Shown: positions 1-13,679 of the stretch, in pieces
Numbering within the stretch: the first letter of the stretch is position 1
How the letters are laid out: every line of letters begins with the position of its first letter
Source: Octopus sinensis
Taxonomy: Eukaryota
Reading direction: 5' to 3'
Assembly (NCBI RefSeq): GCF_006345805.1
Contig: NC_042998.1
Location: 123,814,001 to 123,878,000, forward strand
DNA length: 64,000 nt
Translations under genes and position numbers: made by a program
Notes under the pieces: model-generated
The model's database searches: none
Told to the model about the DNA's origin: nothing
What the model saw: the letters and a program-made list of their open reading frames with translations, nothing else

Positions 1-1090
1 CGTATCTTATCATCTTTGCTTTCTTTGCAACGAGTTGCTGTTTCACTTCCTCCATTACAACTTTCAGGCCCTTTCTTTTTATATTATACTTCCTTTTCAG
101 AGTCTTGTATTTTTGTTCGCTTTTAAGCTTCCCTTTGTCTTTTCTATCTTGTACAGAGATTTCCTTCGAGAGCATGTCTAACGCTGTCGGTATTCTTTTT
201 TTGCGCCATGTATATTTTTTTTACTCTTGTCACTCCCATTATGTTTCTTTTACTTGACATCAACACTTACGTTTTCTGCTACAACAATACTTGCTTCCTT
301 GATCAAATTATTTGTTTCTGTGATGTTGATTGTTCTGATGTATTTCAGAATTCCATTGACATTTTTCGATCAACCTTTTTAAGGTTGCAAATAAATAATG
401 TCGCTATCATTCTCCTGTAGTCTTGCCCTTTTTTCTGGCGTAGATTGCCATTTGTTCATTCGTCATGCTGCCTTTAGTTTTATTGTATTCTTTTAGATCA
501 TCTATGTGTCTCTCATCACGTCAACTACTACTGCTCCTTTCCTGTGTTTTGAGATTACTCTTATTAATAAGGCCTGAATTTTCATCGTTATCTCTGCTGC
601 TATTTTCCATGACCTGTCGTCTTTTTATAGCTTCGAGCTCTACTTCTGTGAACCAGCGATTTTTTCTGATTGCTCTAGCTTGATCATATAGCATCTGTTC
701 CGTAAATTGAAAAATCCCTTTTCTTTACAACCATATATAGGTTGTCGGTAACCCCTAATTTGAGCACTATTTTCATCTACACGGCTTCTCCGTTATTAAA
801 GCTCCATGACCTCGGCATTCATTTGCTTGCTCGATCTACGCCGTGTATGGTGGTCCTTTGCCGGATATCGATAGGATGGAGCCGAGCCAGAATCTCTGAG
901 CCTACCGGGTGCAACATTGTCAACGTCATTGTCTTCAGTTTCATTTCCACTGTTAATCACAATATTTTGTTTTTTCATTGCCATTCATATGAGGTATCGA
1001 TTATCAGGTTGTGCATTTACCAGGGTTTTTATTGTAACACCTTCACTAAAATGTATCATTAATCAGTCCATGGGAGGCTCCATCTGTTTC
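1..1090 (-). mobile_element. 5' part of an R4/Dong-like non-LTR retrotransposon (N-terminal ORF region), running out of the window
   Basis: Minus-strand translation gives FQFTEQMLYDQARAIRKNRWFTEVELEAIKRRQ (~620-720) and LKRKYNIKRKGLKVVMEEVKQQLVAKKAKMIRY (~1-105), typical of the pre-RT region of RLE-type LINEs. Starts immediately after a (TAA)n tract. Confidence 0.75.
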
Positions 1091-1092
1091 TT

Positions 1093-1094
<2 letters not shown>

Positions 1095-1144
<50 letters not shown>

Positions 1145-1170
1145 CATCACTGATATCACTGATATTATTG

Positions 1171-1201
<31 letters not shown>

Positions 1202-1298
1202 ATTATTATTATTATTATTATTTTATTATTATCATTATTATTATTATTATTATTATCATAATTATTATTATTATTATTATAATTATTATTATTATTAT
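1095..1298. repeat. Imperfect (ATT)n microsatellite; (TAA)n tail/target of the adjacent LINE
   Basis: Direct reading. Confidence 0.95.
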
Positions 1299-1740
1299 AT
1301 GTTTGACTTTTGCTTTATATTTGTACAAGTTCGCTCCAAGTCTCACCCAGAGACCTCAAGAGACAATAGGTTGGAGGTTCACGTTGTTGTTATGCCTAGT
1401 GTGCCATATATTTGGTTGTTTTTTTTTTGGTGTTGTACTAGTGGATGTCTAAAAAAATGTTTGTTTTAAACCTTGAGATTACATAGAAAGTATATTGCGT
1501 AGGATATGAGCAGTTCCCATGAGCACTATCTTTTGAATTTCTGCCATTTTTGGGTTTCCTGGTATATGAGTTAGGCAGCAATCAGCCCCTTTTGCTATCA
1601 TTCCCAGGGCACCTATGACAACAGGTATTGTTTTCGTCTTCAGGTTCCACATTATGCTGATTTCTATTTCAAGATCTTTATATTTGCTCAGTTTTTGGTA
1701 GGTCTTGACAGATACGTTTATATCGATTGGGACAGTGATA

Positions 1741-2667
1741 TCAATGGAGGCATGTTCTTTGTCTGAAGTCTTTCAATATGATGCCTGGCATGTTTGCATC
1801 TATCTTTCTGTCAGTTTGAATGGGGAAGTTCCAGAGGAGTGAGATGTGGTCATTTTCAAGCACTGGGGGTGGTTTGTGTTCCCACCAGGTTTTTTCATGG
1901 GGCAAAGCCAGGTTTTTGCAGATTACCCAGTGAATATATTGTGTAGCTCTATCATGCCTGTTGAGATACTCTGTAGGCGCTAGAAGACTGCACTTGGAGA
2001 CAACATGATCAATGGTTTCATTTTGTTGTTGACATACACGACATGTTGGGCTACTGCCGTTCTTTAATATGTTAGCCCGGTAGTTTCTTGTTGGTAGGCA
2101 TTGATCTTGAGCTGCTATGATAAACCCCTCTGTTTCAGATTTTAAGCCAGAGGCCATTAGCCATTGATGGGTCAGGACTTTGTCAACATCTGCATTATTC
2201 GCTTTCTTTGGGTATTTGCCATAGAGAGGTTTTTCTTGCCATTTATCATTCAGAATATCTAAGGCCGCAGTTTTAGCACGGGTTTTCATGCGCTTAGCGT
2301 TTTCTGTGCTTGTTTCTTGTATGTCTATCTCTAATTCCAAAATTTGTTGTATTCGGAATTCACTTAGATATTCCTTTGCCTGTTTTGTTACTGAGTATGA
2401 TGCTTTCTTGTTTTCATGTTTTGAGACAAGTTTTAATATCCAGTCATCAGAGTTTTTCAGGTAGGTGTCTAGGCCAATTGTAGCAACCTTCATTGTTATT
2501 GCCAGTTGTAAAAGTCCACGGCCTCCCTCTGTTCTTGGCAGATAAAGTCGTTCTGTATCTGCCTTAGGGTGGTGCATTCTATGCATTGTCAACAGTTTTC
2601 GTATTTTTCTGTCAAGATTACATATTTCAGTAATTGACCAGTTAACGATATTGAAACTGTAAGTCAC
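1741..2667 (-). pseudogene. 308-aa ORF fragment: RT C-terminus, CCHC and start of RLE domain of the R4/Dong LINE
   Basis: ORF track. The RLE PD motif reads ANMPGII (catalytic D appears replaced) and the frame breaks near 1745. Confidence 0.85.
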
Positions 2668-3053
2668 GACTGGTATGGCTAATGCATTGATCGCTTCGAT
2701 CCTGTTTCTCGCATTCAGCTCTGTCTTGAGTATTGCTCTTACTCTGCGATAACATTATCTCCTGATCCTTTCCTTCATCTCTGAATGCCTTATTCCGTCC
2801 CCTTCAATTATCCCTAGGTACTTGTAGCTACCGCTGGGTCTAATTCTTTTATGACATTCTGCTAGTCAAGGTTAACGTTAGATGTTTCTGTCATTTTTCC
2901 TTTGATAAAGGTAGCTTTTACACATTTATCGAGGCCAAATTGCATTCTGATGTCATCACTGAATTGTTTGACAATCGCTAGTAAGCCCTTGAGTTGTTGG
3001 TCATTCTTTGCAAAGAGCTTTAAATCATCCATGTAAATGAGATGATTTATATT

Positions 3054-3368
3054 TTAATCAGACATTTTATATCCGTACTGCGCGTCATTGAGCAGTTTTG
3101 AGAGAGGTATTAAGACTAAACAGAAGAAGAGTGGTGATAGTGAGTCACCCTGGAAAATGCCACATGAAATTTTTACATCACCAACATTTAGAGATCCATT
3201 GTCACTGTTCAAAGTTAGTGTGGTTCTCCATGATCCCATACTTACAGACAAAAAGTTTCGCAGAGTAGGTGCTATCTTATACATTTCTAGGCATTTCTTA
3301 ATCCAGCTATGTGGTAGGCTATCAAAAGCCTTTTTATAGTCTATCCAGGCTATTGATAATTTTTGTGT
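3054..3368 (-). pseudogene. RT domain fragment of the same LINE (the ORF-track N-terminus is a microsatellite artefact)
   Basis: AWIDYKKAFDSLPHSWIKKCLEMYKI...GIFQGDSLSPLFFCL. Confidence 0.85.
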
Positions 3369-3369
3369 C

Positions 3370-3370
<1 letters not shown>

Positions 3371-3423
<53 letters not shown>

Positions 3424-3457
3424 GTTATTATTATCATTATTATTATTATTATTATTA
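3371..3457. repeat. (TTA)n microsatellite
   Basis: Direct reading. Confidence 0.95.
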
Positions 3458-3780
3458 CACGCCACTTTGGTAGAGCTGTCATTGACTTCTTCAAGTTTCA
3501 CTTGAAAAGGAAATTGAGAGCGGAGGGGACAATGCTGTCCTCGAATGAGTGTATTGAAAGATGGCCGAAAATTGCGAAAATGAGAAGAGTGGATGGCTCC
3601 TCTCAAAGTGTAAATCTGTAGTTGGAGTAAAGGGATTTCAGAGATTTCAGAGAAACTTCAGACAGTGGGGTTCTTCGATTATCCCAAGAGGCCTCCCTAA
3701 TTCAGGAGGGCCACATCTCTGTCATACCGCGTATACTTTCTTGCTTTCATTTTCTTAATCATTTCACTATGAGTACACTC
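3458..3780 (+). mobile_element. 3'-terminal fragment of a Tx1/L1-like LINE ORF2 plus 3' UTR
   Basis: Plus-strand frames AVIDFFKFHLKRKLRAE and ECIERWPKIAKMRRVDGSSQSVNL* resemble C-termini I recall for octopus Tx1-like ORF2. Confidence 0.5.
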
Positions 3781-5090
3781 CCACATTTTATGCCTCTCTT
3801 TGTATTATCACCCTCATCTTTCTGCTAATGTTTACATATTGTTGCTATTATGTTAAACTGTCGTATTTCCAAATTTGGCCAAATGCTTTCTTTTCTTTTG
3901 CAATATTTAATTTTGCTTGCAATAGCAGTTTCTTTTAGTCACGCTATCATATCTCCTGCTGCTTCAGATGATAATTATCTAAGTGCAGTACAACCGTTTA
4001 GCATTTTTCAAAAATGTAGCAAGCCCTACAGAGGACAGTTTTTCAAAAATATTTCTGACTGAAAGCATCATACATGCATGAAGTTATGATATTATGCACC
4101 CAACAAAGTATTATCAATCTGAAACTGTTGCTAATGTAAAAATAATTGAAATGGTGAAACTATTTTCCCGTTTTCTGAAAAAGCGACGTTTTTGACTCAC
4201 GACACTTTTGCATAATAGCAACGATATGATCTTTGACTTTCCGAGCTTAAAATGTTATGATAACTCCGGCTTTAACAGCAACCAGAGTTCACCAAATTTG
4301 ATATTTAACTGAAAATATGTTACTTCAATTGCAATGTTTTCATACACACAAAAGCCTTTGAGTTTCAAGATATCGTATTTTCATTCAATAATGTAAATTT
4401 AGAACAATTACTCGTCTCATTGATTTTGGATCATATATTTCACTATGAACGCCTTATAGTACCTTTTGTTCAATTAGATGCTTTTTAATAATACTAATTT
4501 ACAATGAAAATGCTTAGTTTTGAGAACTCTTGTTTCTTGTCGAGTAAGTTTTAAATTTCTGAGTCTACCACTTACGTCATTTCTTATATTTCCACTGCTA
4601 GATAATCAACTACGACGTAACTCTGAGTTCGCACATATCATTCAAATAAACTTGTAGGTAAGACGATTGATGGTGCCAATCGTTCGTATGAATAAGGTTT
4701 TGTGGGAATTATAAATCGAAAATACTAATTAGTAATCAAGTACTGCGCAAGTTCAATCTCAAATTGTTAAATAAATTATGCATTTCAGGCAGAAAGGCGT
4801 TCATTTAATATATGTACATTGGGGATGAAATAAAATATTCTCGACCCAATTAACCTTTTAAAGGTTTGAATGAAAACAATTCAAAGTGAAGCCTGAAAGT
4901 CTGTAGTATATTATCTCAAGAGGAATGAATGGTGCGAGTAATCAATATAGAAGTCATTGATTGTTATATATATAAAAGGTTACAGATGTTATTCAAATAA
5001 ACATAAATTTTCACGCAGACACGCACACATACTCGCACATAAATACACTTTCACATAGACATACGATCAAAATACATAATTATATAAGTA

Positions 5091-5097
5091 CCGTCTG

Positions 5098-5184
<87 letters not shown>
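5091..5184. repeat. (TATC)n microsatellite
   Basis: Direct reading. Confidence 0.95.
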
Positions 5185-5770
<586 letters not shown>

Positions 5771-6039
5771 ATATATATATATATATATATAATATATATA
5801 TATATATAGATATATATATATATATACAGAAAAGAATATATGTGTATACTGCGTGCGTGCGTGCGTGTGTGTGTGTGTGTACGTTCGTGTGTGTGTATCT
5901 TGACGAAAACATTTTTTTACTCAGATAACATTAATGGGGATTTCCTTTTTTCTTATTATCTTATTGTCTTATTTGTTATTTTCCAGATGGGCGGTCGCTT
6001 GAGTGTTCAGGAGCCAGCTATGATAGTAGTATGCTATGG

Positions 6040-6730
6040 AGTGTAGAATTCCATTATTTTGGTTCAGAGACGGTGACGTGCATGGAAAGGTAAGTATGCA
6101 ACACTACGCCCGGAAGCAATAAAAAAGCTGTCATGCAAAGCTGACGACCAGCGACTCTGTGAACAATGCAAGAAGTAGCTGTGCAACCACATTCCAATCA
6201 GCGGAGAAAGTGGCAACAGTGAAGGAATGTTTACTCGTAGCCAGCAAAAATCAACTCGTCAGGCAGCTCTTGTAAGTGGACTAACAAGACACACAATACG
6301 CACGGTGTTGCATAAAGCATTGAATTTTCGTCCATCGAAACCCCATTACATGCAGGAGCTAAAACCTGAAGACTGTAACCCGCAGAAATCCAGAAGTCCA
6401 AAAATCCAGAACTCCAAGAAGTCCAGATCTGTGGGGTTACACAAAAGAGGTGTATAAGAAAAAAAACTTCGCACACTGGGGAACTTGGAGACACGGATTC
6501 TGGAGGTTCTCAATGTCATCCCAGACGATGTCCTTCACAATGTTGTTCATTCTAACCCTGGCCGTTTGGGGAAACTAGTTAACTTCACTGGAGCTTACGT
6601 TGAAATATGAAGATTTACTTTCATTTTTCCATGCAATAAAGAACAGGTATCATTTGTTTCAATATATTTGTAAAAGGAATATTCCTTTTATTACTAATTT
6701 ATAACGCCTATTTACTTTTCGCCTAACCTG
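6040..6730 (+). mobile_element. Internally deleted Tc1/mariner-superfamily element (DUF4817-type N-terminus)
   Basis: KVATVKEMFTRSQQKSTRQAALVSGLTRHTIRTVLHKALNFRPSKPHYMQELKPED (HTH). Right end ..CGCCTAACCTG followed by TA at 6731-6732. Confidence 0.7.
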
Positions 6731-6878
6731 TAAATATATACATGTATTCTGATTTCGCAGAAAAGTCATCCACACGTATAGAAATGGGGTAATGGGTGTA
6801 AAATTAGGTAATGAACCATAATGAAGATAGATTTTCTAAATACTGTATTTATATCTACTATCGGTATCCATATGCATA

Positions 6879-7740
6879 CGGGGTCTGATCAAAGAGTATC
6901 AGGACTAGTCAATAAAAAGAAAATTGCAAGACATCAATTTAATCTTCTTCGAATTCGTCCTCTTCTGAAGCCACAATTTTAGCCACCGTCGTTTCCATTG
7001 ATGAAAAATTCCTGGAACTGCTTTTTTGACATAGCCTACTCACATTCTTTTGAATTTCCACATCTTGAATTATTGTTCCTTTGAAGTGACATTTGAATTT
7101 TTGAAAGAGGAAAAAGTCGCAAACAGTGAGATTTCGGGATTATGGTGGTTGTCGGACGTGGGGTGCACGCTGCTTGAACAAACACTGCTGCAAAACCTGC
7201 ACTGAATGGGCAGGTGCGTTGCTATAGAGGGGTTACCACTATCTGGACGCATAAAATTGTCCTTTTCCAACAAGCAGCATCTTGCAAACACCGCTCTAAC
7301 AAGATGGAGCATACTCATGATGAACAATGCCGTTGCAGGCAAAGAAAGCTTCACATCACTTCGACTCATTCGTGCTTTCTTCAGTCTAGGAAATGTTAGG
7401 CTCTTCCAAGCAGTTATGATAAGCAACGGATGTGAGCGAGAACATTATAACTTAGTGAGCATAGGTCACAGAGTTCAAGGTCAATCTGCGTACTTTAGCT
7501 TCGTTACCATAGCAAAAGTCGCAATGTTTTTGGTCGAGAAAATCCAAGAGAATACAACGAAGTAGCTGCTCGCTATCCCATTAAAGGAGATCCAGGAATG
7601 TTGCCATCAATGAAAACGACGCTGGATAATGTGTGGCTTAACAAGGAAACTACTTAGAAGGAGATTAAAATGCCGATTTGATATGTGTTGTAGCTTCCTT
7701 TTCATACCACCACTCCCAATATTTTTGATCAGAACCTTCC
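6879..7740 (-). mobile_element. Decayed mariner element
   Basis: TA-CGGGGTCTGATCAAAGAGTATCAGGACT at the left end and a degenerate inverted copy ..AATATTTTTGATCAGAACCTTCC at the right. Minus-strand SNAPAH and CDFFLFQKFK (HDNAPAH / PCDFFLF motifs). Confidence 0.75.
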
Positions 7741-8012
7741 ATGTCAGGCTGCTATCCATAATTCCTTTTAAAGATTTTTAATCGAAAAACTGGTTTGAAT
7801 CAACAACATAAAAATATTACTACGTCACACACATACTACACGCACTCACTCATACGCACACGTACACACACGCGAACATATGTATATATACACATTTATA
7901 CAATTTTTGTTTTTCGTGTGTGTGTGTGTACACATACATACATAGGGGCATACATAAACATATATATACATAGCATATATATGTGTACATTCTGGAATGT
8001 TGCACTCTCTCT

Positions 8013-8062
<50 letters not shown>

Positions 8063-8079
8063 AATTCGATGACAGCACC

Positions 8080-8530
8080 GCATGACTGTTAGAATAGCGC
8101 TAAGAGCACCATCCGAGCATTTTCGTTGCCAGGGCCGCTGACTGGCTCCCGTGCCTGTGGCCGGTAAAAAGGTACCATTCGAGGTTGAACGTTACCAGCG
8201 TCGCCTTACTGGCACTTGTGCCGGTGGCACGTGAAGAAAACATTCGAGCGAGGTCGTTGCCAGTGCCGCTGGACTTGTTCCTGTGCATGTAGCACGTAAA
8301 AAAGAAACGCCATTAGAGCGTGGCCGTTGCCACCACCACCTAACTGGCCCTCGAGCCGGTGGCACGTAAAATCACCCACTACACTCTCGGAGTGGTTGGC
8401 ATTAGGAACGGCATCCATCTGTAGAAATTCTGCCAGATCAGATTGGAGCCTGGTGTAGCCATCTCGCTCGCCACTCCTCAGTCAAACCGTCCAATCCATG
8501 CCAGCATGGAAAGCAGAAGTTAAGGGATGG

Positions 8531-8566
<36 letters not shown>

Positions 8567-8601
8567 GGATGATGAGGATGATGAGGATGATGATGATGAT
8601 A

Positions 8602-8644
<43 letters not shown>

Positions 8645-8663
8645 GGAGGAGGAGGAGGAGGAG
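8080..8663 (+). mobile_element. SINE with internal GTGCCGGTGGCACGTAA subrepeats and (GAT)n(GAG)n tail
   Basis: About four ~60-bp subrepeats. 3' part GGAGTGGTTGGCATTAGGAACGGCATCC..CCATGCCAGCATGGAAAGC, shared with 55620-55895. Confidence 0.75.
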
Positions 8664-10257
8664 GATTTATATTTATTTATGGTACTACATCGAGTTGAAA
8701 TGTAATTATGATTAACCGCTGCTATTGTCTTGATCTACTTGTTCTGCTCTTGAGTCGCAGAAGTGGTTCAATGGTGTTCCATACAAGTATTACTCTTTTC
8801 AACTTGTCCATCATGCAAGTGAAGAGAATGCAAAATTCCCACTACCATACAGCATGCATAACAGTCTATTTTCGAAAATGTGGATTGAATTTTCAACACT
8901 TTTTTCATAATTCGCTTTGAATACTCGATTGTACTAAGGAAACTTGAGCATAATGATAACACCAAAAAAAATGACATCCACATGTATATTAAACGGTTCT
9001 GTTGGTGATTACTTTTGTTTCACATCCACTTCCTTTTCTGTTCAATCCAGCCACCGCTGTAAAGGAAGATTTTAAGACCACAATCCTGAATTATTAAAAC
9101 AAAAAGCGTTATTTGTGGTCTTCAGAATTATTCACATAAACGTATCTCAGAATTTATGACTGTGTATTAAATAAAAAGAAATCATGTGAACTACCAGGCT
9201 TATTGGATTAGCTTATGAGTTGTATAGAATTAACTTCATTCTGTGTTTCCGTCTAGCCAGTTTTACTTAGAGGTATGGATCCAAGCGAGGCTACATTGTA
9301 TTATATATATGTTTGTCCAAAAGATTGTGCGGAGCGATCGAATCCAAGAGCTAATAATAAAAGAGTGATCTTCTTAATCCTTTAGGCCTAGTCCATCTAA
9401 TTATTCACACACAAAAAAAGCACACAGAGAATTGCATGTGAGTGAGTGTGTGTGTGTGTATGTGTGTGTGTGTGAGTGTGTGTGCGTTATGGTACATGAA
9501 TGTTGAAACATTATTCCATAAGTATTTGACATTTAGAATATTTACAATACTACAATTTACATCAATAATTTATAAATTTATGGAATTAACGATGAAAATA
9601 AAAGCACTCACTTTTTTATGTTTGTAGTTTGCAATTCACATATATCAACACATATCTCTTCCTGTATTTGATTATGAAATTGTTACTTATCAAACCATGA
9701 ATTGTTAGCAATACAAGACTTACAATTCCTGAAACACCAGCATTTGAAACAGGTAATACTGCCGCTTCTTTTCTTACTTTTTGATGATGCGATCTGGGTT
9801 ACGGTTATATGCGATCTTACTTTTATATCTGGCAACTTCCAGTAAAGTCGTATGACCAAGTGTTTAGAGTTTTCGGATGATCATAAATTTCTGGATTCAA
9901 TTTTTTAAAAAAACCACAACTTGCATTTTGTCCTTAAGTAAGGCACTTCATTTCACGTTGTGATAGTCTCCTCAGCTAGGTTTCTGGGGGCAGACCTTTC
10001 TTCCTTCCTACAGTCCTCACTTCATGGATATTGTGTATGAGGAAGACTGGAGGATGTGTAGGTTAATACATAAGCCTCTAAAACAATTTGCTAACGTATG
10101 GTAAATATTACCAAGTCATATTCACACACGAGGTCAGGGAGCCTGTACTGTTCTAGATTCCAGTTCAGGGATCAAATTATCAAAGATTCTGCTATATTGT
10201 GGCAGGCTACGGACACTTCTAACAATATAATTTTTAAAATAATTGGATGAAATACAT

Positions 10258-10425
10258 ATACGACGAACTTTTACAGTTTCTGTCTACCAAATCCACTCAC
10301 CAGGCCTTGGTCGGCCCGAGTCTATAGTAAAAGACACTTGCCCAAAGTGACACACAGTTGAACTGAACCCGGAACCATGTGGTTGAGAAGCAAGCTTCTT
10401 ACCGCACAGCCGCTCCTGCGGCTAT
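10258..10425 (-). mobile_element. Head half of the bipartite SINE
   Basis: Reverse complement matches the head of 5185-5345. Confidence 0.8.
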
Positions 10426-10539
10426 ATGTTCAATTATTATAACTTGTAGCTCAAACTTTCCTGCCTATCATCCAATTGTTTTAGAAATTACATTATAAAT
10501 TATATATATTACATCATATATAATATAATATATATATGT

Positions 10540-10742
10540 GTGTTTGTGTGTGTGTTCTCCAACATCGCTTGACAAACAACCGATGATGGCTTGTTTACGT
10601 CCCCGTGACTTAGCGGTTCGGCAAAAGAATAACTACTAGGCTTACAGGGAGTAAGTCCTGGGGTCGATTTGCTCGAATAAAGGCGGTACTCCAGCATGAC
10701 CGTAGTCAAATGAATGAAACAAGTAAAAAAATAAAAGAACAC
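10540..10742 (+). mobile_element. Tail half of the bipartite SINE
   Basis: Matches 5575-5770. Confidence 0.8.
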
Positions 10743-10768
10743 TATTTCATATATGTGTCCGTGTATTT

Positions 10769-10799
<31 letters not shown>

Positions 10800-12277
10800 T
10801 CGTGTTTATGCGTTTTGGTGAAATATCACAGAAAGAAACTATGTAACGCAGTTCGTGCTTGAATATCTGTTGAGTGATGATATACTTTGCATTAAATAAA
10901 ATGAATTTTTTTTTAATCCATAAATAAATGCTAGGTGGTTAGACTGTTTCAGCTGAACCAGCACCTAATACACTTCAACAAAATTTCTTGAAAAGGTTAT
11001 TGTTAACCTAAGTTTACTCTTCCCATGACCTCAAAATCTACATGACTTAAATTACAGCTGATATATATGACAAAAAAATTAGTGCGTTTCAATACAGTGA
11101 CATGATCAAAGATTTTATTCTGATTCTATATTTACTTGACGAGGGAAATATGATGACGTTATTGCTATGAGAAAATAAACTTTAGAAAACATCAGTTACC
11201 TGCATTCAGTCTTATATTCGACAAAATTTCACTTCATTACTGTCAAATGTTCAGCCCTATCAAAATCCTTCCTACTTACAGATTTTTCAGAAAATACATT
11301 TCGTCAACTTAATTCTTCATATGTCATATCGTGCTGTAAAAGCTAATACTAGTACTGAAGTCTGAAACAGAATTTTACTTGTGGCTATAATACATTAATA
11401 GTCTATACCGAGGTCATGAATACAAATGCACTAAACTTTTAACTGACAACTGAATGGGTTCTATATTCGGTTGTCAGGATATTTTCTAATTCCTCCCTTT
11501 ACGTTTCTCCCTCTGTAAATCAGAAAAAAATTATGCAATAATGTAATAAGATTGATATTTACAAGAAGTGTCCGTTCTCCACATTTAACTGGATTAATAA
11601 AGAAACTAAATAAAATCTGAACTTTCATTTTCCTCGTTGATACTAAAAACTGAAATTGGTTTCAGTAGTTTTATGTTTATATTTGTTCAAAGCGAGCTTA
11701 ATAACTTGCTACATTGAGCTGACGTCTTACAAAAACGGGAATGCTTAATACATAAATGGAGTTCATGTATTTATCACGCTGCTAGGAATAATGGATAGTC
11801 ATTGTTAGAATGATTATCAAGGGAAATATAAAAATTCAGAGACAAAGAAGCAGCAGAAAAAGGGCAATAAGAATACGTACAGGTTGCAGTCAGGTAAGAA
11901 CATAAATCTTACAAATGCAAATACACTAGCCGAACAAAGCATTCAAACTTACCATAAATCGAAACAAAATGATACACAGCAAACCAGATTTAAATCTCTT
12001 ATCTATCTATAGGTTTATGTCTCAACACCAATTATGGTATACGCAGTGCAATGGTAGCAACGAGAATAAATCTCTAATTATATGACGCAAGAAACAGAGT
12101 AACGCTAGACAAAATAGTCAATTTACACGGATGATATAACTCACCGTATGCTTTAGTTATTCTCAATTGCAAAAAAACGCTTTTAAAATCTCCAAGGAGA
12201 ACGAAAAAGACACTGACTCTGAAGTATCTTCCGGATTGCAAAGCTTATGCTGTATACAATAATGGCTTCAAATATTG

Positions 12278-12412
12278 GCACATAGCTAGCAATTGTAAGG
12301 GAGGGGCTACGTTGATTACATCGACCCCAGTGTTCAACCGGTACTTATTTTATCGACCCCGAAAAGATGAAAGGCAAATAATGCCGATAAGCATTTTGTC
12401 CGGTATGATGAC
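12278..12412 (-). mobile_element. Second SINE family fragment (OR-like)
   Basis: GATTACATCGACCCCAGT..TTATCGACCCCGAAAAGATGAAAGGCAAA, shared with 53148-53325. Confidence 0.65.
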
Positions 12413-13446
12413 AATTGTGTTGCCCCACCACCTTCTTCGTACAATAATTCCACATGGATATAAATAAGTCTTATGTTCAGCAACAGTAAGACTCATTTTA
12501 TATTGCTTAATTATTTCTATGTGGATCATCAAGAGACATTCGTCTCATTTTTTGTCAAGTCAGGGTGGCGTTACGTTATATTTTGTAAGCATATTTTGTG
12601 GATCATCCGACGATTTAATAAACTTGTAGTTTACGGTCTAGATTGAGTAACGTTAAGTAGTTTGTTTCACGATGTTGAAGATGAGAATTCGTTGTTTAAA
12701 GTGACAGTATTTACTTACGAAGAAGCTACAAAGCTGCATTGTGATCAAATACGTAAAACTATCTCTATAAATTATCCCTCGTTTATATAAGAGGAAACGC
12801 ATATTTCTAAATCTAAATCGTTGTAAATCACACGACGATGCAGATAGAATCACTAAGGCAATGATGATAAATTTCGCCTTACTAAATACGGCTGAAGCTG
12901 GCGCTATAAATCTTATAGTAACTATTACTAACGTTCAGGTTAGACATTGGATATAACGAGATAAAGAGGAAACCGATACACATCTGCTGAAAATAGCAGC
13001 TAAATATCCCTTTAGTCGTATTTTTCTAGCTTAAAAAAGGAAAGAGGACATTGAATAGTAATACGAATTCCCTGAAATTAAATATCATATAGTCATTATT
13101 AGGATGTATGAGATAACAGGTTATTTCGATCAGAGTTACTGAGGGGCTAAACATAAAGAACAATACAAAGGTACAGCAAGCACTGAAACAGATTAGTGTC
13201 TGCTCGTTATTCCCAGAAAAAATCAAGAAAAATGTGTTTATTGAACCAATAAATGCTATTTTACGTATCAAGAATTTAAATACTTTTGAAGTCACCATAA
13301 GTAGAAGGAATGAAATATAAACGATTAAACTCTAATTTATTAAATTAGAGTATGCGGGAAGTATAAGAAAACTGAACAAGCAAAAATCTCAAAGTTTAAC
13401 GGGTATACCTTCTAAGTGAATGTACAACAATAGATATGAATGCATG

Positions 13447-13516
13447 TCATCTCATGATATAATGGATATTATTTCATTATATCATCTCATGATATAACGG
13501 ATATTATTTCATTATA
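13447..13516. repeat. Two-copy 35-bp tandem duplication
   Basis: TCATCTCATGATATAA(T/C)GGATATTATTTCATTATA x2, one mismatch. Confidence 0.9.
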
Positions 13517-13605
13517 TATTCTTTTATACATTTTACTGGTCTCTGTAATTTTTCAGCGACTATGTCAGACAAGACCATAAAACAATTATATCTGTATCAG
13601 GGTCT

Positions 13606-13679
13606 GTCTGTGTGGTGCAATCGGTTAGCACATTCGGCTGTTAACCGAAAGGTTGGTAGTTCAAGCCCACCCAGCGACT
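13606..13679 (+). tRNA. trnN-GTT: tRNA-Asn(GTT)-like sequence, probably a pseudogene or SINE head
   Basis: D stem GTGC/GCAC, anticodon stem TTCGG/CCGAA with GTT at 13640-13642, T loop TTCAAGC. Two acceptor-stem mismatches and one T-stem mismatch. Followed by SINE-tail-like sequence. Confidence 0.7.

Larger units (their letters stand above)
1299..3370 (-). mobile_element. 5'-truncated R4/Dong-like LINE (RT, CCHC zinc knuckle, restriction-like endonuclease, 3' UTR)
   Basis: RT motifs WIDYKKAFDSLPH, GIFQGDSLSPLFF and YMDDLKL. C-x2-C-x8-H-x4-C (CRVCQQQNETIDHVVSKC), RHD motif, KYKDLEIEI after a frameshift, stop at 1479-1481. (TAA)n on both sides. Confidence 0.9.

Noticed and set aside
3841-4222. 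12-bp inverted repeat GTTGCTATTATG / CATAATAGCAAC
   Set aside because: Too short, with no TSD or defined ends, to call an element
8768-8983. ORF with a signal-peptide-like N-terminus and several Cys
   Set aside because: Hydrophobic starts are common in T-rich random frames; no recognisable motif or exon boundaries
13606-13679. Functional tRNA-Asn gene
   Set aside because: Two acceptor-stem mismatches, a T-stem mismatch, no oligo-T terminator immediately downstream, and a SINE-like tail instead
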